Source: Tubulanus polymorphus
Lineage: Eukaryota; Animalia; Nemertea
Reading direction: 5' to 3'
Length of the DNA stretch: 64,000 nt
Assembly (NCBI RefSeq): GCF_964204645.1
Contig: NC_134035.1
Coordinates: forward strand, 2,852,001-2,916,000
Of the stretch, positions 56,269-64,000 are shown in pieces. The notes under the pieces are model-generated. The model saw only the letters and a list, made by a program, of their open reading frames with translations, was not told where the DNA came from and did not search any database. The position numbers and the translations under genes were made by a program. Numbering within the stretch: the first letter of the stretch is position 1; every line of letters begins with the position of its first letter.

Positions 56269-56341
56269 GTTTTAGTTAGGGGTCATAGTAGTTAGTTATC
56301 TAGTAGTAGTTAGTTGCTCTTCGCAAATTTGTGAGCAATAA

Positions 56342-56632
<291 letters not shown>

Positions 56633-56825
56633 CTAATCGTTGGTGGTAAGCTTTTACAATCGGATGGGCTTATACTTAAACAAAAACATCATGATATCAA
56701 ACACTAAGAGGCCTTCCCCGTTATGGTCGTAATTGTATTTGTAAAACTGAATACAAGAAACTGCTGCATTTATCTATTGATGAAATGTTTAGTTTAATTC
56801 ATCAGTTCTATCATAGAGAACGAGG

Positions 56826-57761
56826 ATGAACGCAACGATTTTCAAGAGGTCGTACGTCGACAAATGGATTTTGGCCGCATATGTATTGCCGCCTCTAATC
56901 CCGGTCGGTGTTGGTTTAAACGCGATGATCATCGTCGTATTTGTCAAACTGAAAACTAAAAATCGCTGCATCTATTTACTGAAATGTCTCGCTGTTGTCG
57001 ATATCATATTTCTGGTGACGAAACTCATTCAGGACCCGGTGCGGTTTTATATTCACTATGCCACGTGCGGTGATATGATCATTTATTTCGTAGCGCCGCG
57101 AATTTCCCCGTACATTTACATATGGCTGACAATGTTGAATAACGGATTTCAAATGTTTCGTAATTATTTAACTGTAATTATTCAATGCGAACGATTAGTG
57201 ACTATCATTTTTCTACTGAAGGTACGATATAGGATAAATTTTCTTATCTTATTCGCGTGTGTCTTTTCTGTGGCTATGTGTTCGTATTACCCGATCACGA
57301 TGCGTGTAATCTATCAGCCCACATCGAAGCTCGGTCCTCATTACAAAGCATCATTTGCGCGTGACAGTGTCTTTCTACTAATGAACCGATACATCGACCC
57401 GATCTTCCGTATTTTCATACCGAATCTATTAGTTTTCGTAGCGAATATAGCTCTTCTAATTGTATTACACGTTAAAACGACGCGTAGGCAAGATCTGACC
57501 GCCACAACTAGCGTTCCGAAACCGCAAAAGGGCATGGCAAAAGCCACGAAAATGGTGCTTACAATGAGTATCATTTTCACGATTTTAGAATTTCCAGGTT
57601 TGCTCGGTAAAATCGGTGGACGCTACGTCCTCGGGCGCGGTTTAAACGTATTAACATTCTATCTGGTTACATCGATCATCAATTCTTGTATAAATCTTAT
57701 TCTTTATATAATTGTGAACAAGCAATTTAGAGAAAAGTTCGTTCAGTTGTTGAAATGCTGA
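56826..57761 (+). CDS. Intronless rhodopsin-family (class A) GPCR, FMRFamide/sex-peptide-receptor-like, 311 aa
   Basis: Seven hydrophobic segments: TM1 GVGLN, TM2 YLLKCLAVVD, TM3 end CERL, TM5 FIPNLLVFVAN, TM6 KATKMV...FTILEFP, TM7 INSCINLILY, plus helix 8 NKQFREKF. N-terminal NAT sequon. Confidence 0.9.
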   Translation: MNATIFKRSYVDKWILAAYVLPPLIPVGVGLNAMIIVVFVKLKTKNRCIYLLKCLAVVDIIFLVTKLIQDPVRFYIHYATCGDMIIYFVAPRISPYIYIWLTMLNNGFQMFRNYLTVIIQCERLVTIIFLLKVRYRINFLILFACVFSVAMCSYYPITMRVIYQPTSKLGPHYKASFARDSVFLLMNRYIDPIFRIFIPNLLVFVANIALLIVLHVKTTRRQDLTATTSVPKPQKGMAKATKMVLTMSIIFTILEFPGLLGKIGGRYVLGRGLNVLTFYLVTSIINSCINLILYIIVNKQFREKFVQLLKC

Positions 57762-57786
57762 TTAAGATCGACATGAGGTTATCCCA

Positions 57787-59889
57787 CGCTGCTTGCACCG
57801 AATAGTCGCTCGGATTTCTTCAGTTCGAGGAATTGAATAAATATAAAAGTTTCCCAAATTTAGAGGGTTGTTTTTTGCTCTTTTTTAAAATCTATACACT
57901 GCGGCTATATACTGACCAGTGACACTCATAGACTGGTATTAACATTTTATCTCTAGCCTATAATCTGTGTAGTGACTGGGGAGTAGTAACTTCCGAACAT
58001 CCGGGCCTGCAGCGGAGTGGGGGGGGGGGGTATAGTTCAGGTAGTTTACGACAAACCGCCGGAAATCCCAAAACGGTTCGCTCTGAAAAATGAATTTGCT
58101 GGAAATGAATAACATCCTAGGCTTGTCGTATGTCCTACCCGATCTTATAGTGCTACAGATACCTAGGACTAGCGTTGGACTCCGTAGGGAGCCTTGCATT
58201 GCTAACACATAATGCCGTTGTCACTAGGCTCCGTTTTTACCTTCGAGCGCCTTTTCAAAAAGGTCCACTTAAAAGTCCACATTTTAAGGAAACTTTTATT
58301 TATGGGGAAAGCAAACTGCCTATAAAACCGGCCACGTTACAGGCCTGGCTACGATATCAATCATCTATCCATTTACTCCGGAGAATGAAGCGGAAAATTT
58401 CTCCTGCCCCCATAAGAAAATACTGCTTCCCGGTATTAAAACCACCATCGATCACCATTTCTGAGGCTTAGTGCGTATTGGATTACTGAATAAGTAATAC
58501 GTATGATTCAGTCTGGTGCCACCTTTTCTCCTTCGAATACGCTTCATTCATTTTGCACAGTTATTGACGGGGTCCAGAAGTCTATGTCTCAGATCCCCGC
58601 CTTAAGGGTCCTCTGTGATTTCTGCATTTCCTAGATTGTATTGTTAAGAATATCTCATCAATCAGTCGCTCGGTCATTCGGTCACCAGTCATCCATTTAT
58701 CCAGTCAGGCATCAGACCATAATTGTAATGAAGAGGGACCCCAAATCCATTGGTCCTGAGAGACAGATTGATGATAAAACAAGGGATTTTCTGGACTTTT
58801 TCGCCTGGAGAAAGAGTACCAAACTGGTGGGGAATTTCCTTCTATATTCGGCTCGGATGTACTGGCATACCTGTACTGGGATACCCCTCTTTCTAAAGGT
58901 TTGATTATTTCAAAAGTTAGTTTGGGTATGTGGGGCGAAAACCATTATCAGCCGAACCCAACTTTCGTTCGACAATGTATGGCCAAGGAATGGTTTTGGC
59001 CGTTGATGATAGTGATATTAAAAAGTAAAATAATCATTCCTTAACTATAATCGAAATTAAGTTTTTTAAGGGTTAAGAGGCGCAAGTTGCATACGTATTT
59101 GAACAAAATGTGTCGCGCACGACTTAACTGGAACCATGGCCGTGACCGGGACGTGATTAGTCTTTATATATTCTGTACATGAGTCAGATCGGCTGTCATA
59201 CGAGACGCACGTAGAGTTTTGTGGGGATTTAGGATATTGGATTTTTGAAACGGAAATACGCTATTTAGAACTCTCAAATTCAAAAACCCGTCCACCCGTC
59301 GTATCTAGGCCTAATATGCTGCAACGATCAGTATATATTTGTAGAGATTCAAGATATAGACTCTGGAGCTGCAAGTTTGGTCAGAAACGGGCGATTTCAG
59401 TCTGAGTCGACATCGTCACGGCGTTGACCATTGTGACGTCATGGTCTTTTGTCCGAATGTGAATGGCCGTGGAATATGTTCGAATGTTTTCCTGTCACAA
59501 TCGGGCGGACCGGATGGCTTAGTCGGTCGGCGACTAGCGTGTCACCGCTGTGGCCCAGGTTCGAGTCTCGGAGGAGGCGGGTCAGGATGTGGCAAGTGAT
59601 CTCCGGTAAGCGGGCGAGTCGAGAGTACTGTCCTCCCTGGAATGAGGTTGCTAATGCGTGAGTCCTACAAAATAACTGGTGTGGGGTAAATTATGTTTAA
59701 TTCAGTCGTTTCTGGCTGAATTATTTATTTATCCCACAATACCGGTCCCGGCAGCGGAGTAATTCCACCAGGGGCTTCGACTTTTTTACAATATTAGTTT
59801 GTTATTTTAAGTTTAGTGGTGAGGGTTTGGGAAACTTTTTTATTTCCTCGAACTGAAGAAATCCAAGCGACTATTCGGTGCAAGCAGCG
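57787..59889. mobile_element. ~2.1-kb segment bounded by ~65-bp inverted repeats; probable non-autonomous DNA transposon
   Basis: CGCTGCTTGCACCGAATAGTCGCTCGGATTTCTTCAGTTCGAGGAA...AAAGTTTCCCAAA (57787-57857) is mirrored at 59826-59889. Confidence 0.65.
59505..59700 (+). mobile_element. tRNA-derived SINE
   Basis: A box TGGCTTAGTCGG (59515-59526) and B box GGTTCGAGTC (59558-59567); no closing acceptor stem; followed by a non-tRNA body. Confidence 0.65.
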
Positions 59890-61168
59890 CGCGGTGATCA
59901 ATCACAGTTCTTTCTCAACTGATGATAAAACTTTGAGATAATTCTTTAACATCACCAGATTTCAATTAAAGAAGATGTGTACGCGGCGATGTCTGGTGAA
60001 CTTGTGTATAAATTCGGATTCAAAACGACTCTATCTAATAGAGAATAACTCCTGGAGAAATGCCATACGCTCTACTACACAATAGTGCCGCGTGACTGCA
60101 CAAACCCTTAAGCAAACTTCAATATCCTAAAGCAAAACTCGAAAAAGTAAAATTGAGCCGGTATTACAGTTCAAAACCAGACTTAAATAGAAGGGAAATC
60201 TACACTAAAGTTTGTTGGAGTTTATCTAAACCATTAGATAAAATTTCAGCATACAATTTCAGCCTAAAATCGTCGCATTCGATATTTCTATCTTTAACAA
60301 TGTGTGCCTCTATGAATAGTCGAATTAAACTCGATGACCTGTAGGCCCCATTGAAAATGTTTGGCACGAATTGAATGGTTCTTGCGGATTAGCGTCACGG
60401 ACTCGGGTCTGTCACAGGAATGCGCGATCGAGCTTTCTGATTGATCCAATCCGGTCGCATCGATGATGCACCGTCGCTGATTGGTTGACGTAGGTATTAG
60501 AAGCGCGGTTCGAGCCGCCCGATGCCAGTCCGAGAACTGATGTCCAGTGATGAAGGTCAACCTATAAGAGCTCTGAAACAAGGCGTGAAGAAAGTGTGGC
60601 TTCAAGCGAAGAACCAACTAATAAGCGGCTGATGATGTAAGGAGAGACTGGAACGTGAAGGAATTTGTGACGCCTAGCGATTGAGAACGCAAGATGAGAC
60701 TGGCGGCTGTTGGTGCTGACGATTGCGGAGGAGATCCCGATACTGCTGCTGCTGCTTTTACTGGTGTTGCTGCTGCTGTTGATGTCGGATTTCAACTACA
60801 AACAGATGACGGCTAATTTGCTGATGAAGACGAGTTGCTGTTGTCGCTGATTTCCGATGTTCTATTTCGCGCACATTCATACATTATGAATATTGTGTCT
60901 TTTTAGGGTTAAACCGAAACCAGTTCGCTACTACTGACAACTACATGTACACACAATTCGTTTGTCGCAACGTCCTGAACTAGTCTGCTGCTGCTGCTGC
61001 TGCATTGGAAACCGCATCAACTCACATTTTGCTGTTTCGGTATCTTTACATTAAGATAAGGTAATTATATTAAACTACACCCATCCGTACATTTTGCATA
61101 TTCAATGTTCTTCATTAGCTTGACGATTATCCGATTTGTTTTTCAGCCGGCAATATTTGACGGCAACA

Positions 61169-61530
61169 TCTTCAAACCTCGAGACGCAGACTCTACTCCG
61201 ACTACAGTACCATCGTCAAACCTTGAGACGCAGACCCTACTCCGACTACAGAACCATCTTCAAACCTCGAAGCAGACTCTACTCCGACTACAGAACCATC
61301 TTCAAACCTCGAGAGACAACAAAACCATCTTCAAACCTCGAGACGCACAAACCTCGAGAGACTACAAAACCATCTTCAAACCTCGAGACGCAGACTCTAC
61401 TCCGACTACAGAACCATCTTCAAACCTCGAGACGCAGACTCTACTCCGACTACAGCACCATCGTCAAACCTCGAGACGCAGACTCTACTCCGACTACAGC
61501 ATCATCCTCAAACCTCGAGACGCAGACTAT
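61169..61530. repeat. 44-bp minisatellite (about 8 units, some truncated)
   Basis: Unit TCTTCAAACCTCGAGACGCAGACTCTACTCCGACTACAGAACCA. Confidence 0.93.
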
Positions 61531-61879
61531 ACTCATTATTTCGTTTTGCCGCATGTTATAAAAAGTAACGTAAATAAATAAACGTCCATTTATAAAATGC
61601 TCTCTTTAATAAAATCTCTTTGTCTCGGGCACTTTGCCCCGGAAAGGACTCCCCCTCTCACAACTTCCACTTGCCCCGGAAAGGACTCTCTTACAACTTC
61701 TCACGTTCAAGGAAAAGTCAAAAAGGAAAGGACAAACGCAAAGTACAAATCAAAGGATTTATTCCACATTCAAATTTGTTACAGCTTGTTTGCAAAAGTA
61801 AAATTCAACATTTTATTGAAACGAACAAAATCAAAATTCAACATTTTATTTAATCAACAACCAATAAAATTTTATTTAA

Positions 61880-61946
61880 AATACGGGGATTCGAACCACC
61901 AACCACTGGTCTAGCAGTCCAGCAGCCTACCCACTACGCTATAGGG
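61880..61946 (-). mobile_element. tRNA-like (Ser-GCT-like) SINE head or tRNA pseudogene
   Basis: Minus strand TAGCGTAGTGG...GGACTGCTAGACC...GGTTCGAATCCCC; A and B boxes present, acceptor stem not formed. Confidence 0.55.
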
Positions 61947-62725
61947 ACGTACTGACAGCCTGCAGGGGAACTCATATTTATCCATTGCTTAAGCAAATTT
62001 TATTAAAAAAATAATGCCATCTACCGGGCGAGACAGGAACTAGTTCCTATCACAACCCGGTAGATGGTGGAATGAGACCAGAGTGAGGATGAGTAAGATG
62101 AGTGATGAGAGAGATGAGAATGAGGATGAGAATGAGATGAGTATGAGATGAGGATGAAAGAGTGAGATGAGAGATGAGTATGAGAGATGAGTATGAGATG
62201 AGAATGAGAAAGAGTGAGATGAGGATGAGAATGAGATGAGTATGAGAGATGAGTATGAGAGATGAGGATGAGAGATGATAGAAAGAGACAGAGAGGGGAT
62301 TGTATATCACCTGAACTTCTATGTTCCTCGTTGTTTTCTATCCGGCAGATTCTAGATGCCATCAGTAGTTTTAGTTTTACAGTTTTTAGTTCAAACAGAT
62401 ATTTATCCCATCAGCAGCAAAGTCATCACATAGTTAGTCCTCGTGGACATAAAGTTCACTATAACTGAAGTCAAGTTCTCTCAATATTTGTTCGTTTGTT
62501 TGTTTATCCTCCCGGTGAGTTCTAATGCTGCCAACACATATTTTATCCAGTTCATCTGATGTAGTCCTGATCATCAAACACAAACGTCAATAATTCCATC
62601 CTAGTGATGACAAACATCCTAAAAGATATAAATGAAACTTTATAGATTTGAGGCAACCAATCAGTTATACACAGTGTAAGAGTTAAGTCTAGTTACCGGT
62701 GTATCAGAGAAATGGCAATCTCAGG

Positions 62726-63420
62726 TAGGCTGGCTACTCCCCAAAATGAGTGTCAGGGGTCAAATATTTTTTGTCTCCGATTTTGATGAAATTCAGTATA
62801 GACATGTATCCTTGGGTGCTGATTACAAATCTGAAAGAATTTTTCGGATCTGAGGCCCAGAAAATGAGAAATTCGAATTATTGGGGGACCCCCCTATATT
62901 TTCAAAAGGCCTTGGACCCCAGAGTTTTCGAGATATTCAAAATCTGATTGCAGATTTGGAATCAGCACCCCTGAAAATATAAAGGACTAAAATTTCAAGC
63001 AAATCGAAGAGATTCGGTTTTTTGGCCAAAAATGGCAAAAATAAGGTCCAGGAGTTTTTTTTCGGCGAAAACTTTTTTTTCTCTGATTCCTTCTAAAATT
63101 GGTAGGAATATGTATTCTAAGGTGTAGATTCCGGATCCGCAATCAGATTATGAATCGGAATTCATCTTCTTGGGCAAATATGGGTTTTAATGCCCAAAAT
63201 ATGCACCCCAAAAATGGGGTACAAAGTCAAAATTTTTTTTGGGCCCAATTTTAATGAAACTTAGTGCAAACATGTTTTTTGGGGTGCTGATTACGAATAT
63301 GGGGTTACATTTTGGATCCGAGGCACCTAAAATGAGATATTCAGGATTTCGTGTTTTGACCCCCTAAATTTCGTCACAAATTTTGATGAAATTTGCCTGG
63401 GAAATTCGGCCCAAAATCGA
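62726..63420. mobile_element. Unclassified non-autonomous DNA-transposon-like repeat with recurring subterminal motifs
   Basis: Repeated TTTTGATGAAA(T/C)TT and GGGTGCTGATTAC / AATCAGCACCC blocks in both orientations; no ORF. Confidence 0.5.
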
Positions 63421-64000
63421 ATATTATTCAATGATCAAATATTCAATTAATTTTTAAGGTAGAAATTGATGCTCTTACTAAAACCCTGTATTATAACTCC
63501 TGCAACACAATTACAGGCTGCCTCAAATAACCACATTGAAAATTCTTATGAAATGCAGAAAACAGTGTTTACAGATAAACTGCTTTCTCATAATTGTTTT
63601 GGAAACTTATAAGAAATTCTACTCACACACTCACTAGCCCTTGTCTAGCAGTAATGGTAGTCCACTGAGTTCCACAAATCCACATACACCTCCTGGAGTC
63701 CCACCACTGACTGTTTTTTTATCCACTTATAGTCCGGTTAGTTGACTAAATAGTCCAGTTAGTTCACTAATAGTCCGGTTAGTTGACTAGTAGTCCAGTT
63801 AGTTCACTAGTAGTCCGGAAGAAGTTGACTGAAGAAGTAAAACTGTGATGAATTTCAGTTGAAGTCCACCACATCCAGTATTCGTGATGAAGTTTACACA
63901 ACAGCCCGAAGAAAACCTGAAATATAAAATTGAAATCACATTAACAGGGAGACTAACTGAGAAGTTGAGGGAGGATGGGGTGAGAGGTTGGGGAAGGATG

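Overview
Animal (bilaterian invertebrate-like) genomic DNA: AT-rich, spliced genes, dense in short transposon relics. There is no prokaryotic content and no CRISPR array. Left half (minus strand): the 5' end of a liprin-beta-like gene, with coding exons at 28643-28715 and 27127-27353. Its next intron is longer than 27 kb and runs off the left edge. That intron holds an intact U6 snRNA gene with TATA/PSE/T-run, candidate alternative first exons, many MITEs, SINEs, minisatellites, hammerhead-like Penelope LTR relics and P-element-like excision footprints. Centre (plus strand): a complete 9-coding-exon UDP-N-acetylhexosamine pyrophosphorylase (UAP1, 504 aa), probably head-to-head with the liprin-beta gene, with a candidate 24-nt cassette exon at the position of the human AGX1/AGX2 insert. 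Right part: a 2.2-kb pol-deleted BEL/Pao LTR element (identical 176-bp LTRs, 5-bp TSD, tRNA-His PBS) sits in one copy of a 1.1-kb duplication whose other copy keeps the empty site. Further right are a decayed Penelope-like element next to a (TCTA/TCTG)n tract, an intronless divergent rhodopsin-type GPCR, and more repeats. All calls were made by eye, without searches. I found no clearly new multi-gene system. The best leads are the footprints, the hammerhead palindrome, the inverted-repeat-bracketed U6, the alternative first exons and the UAP1 microexon.
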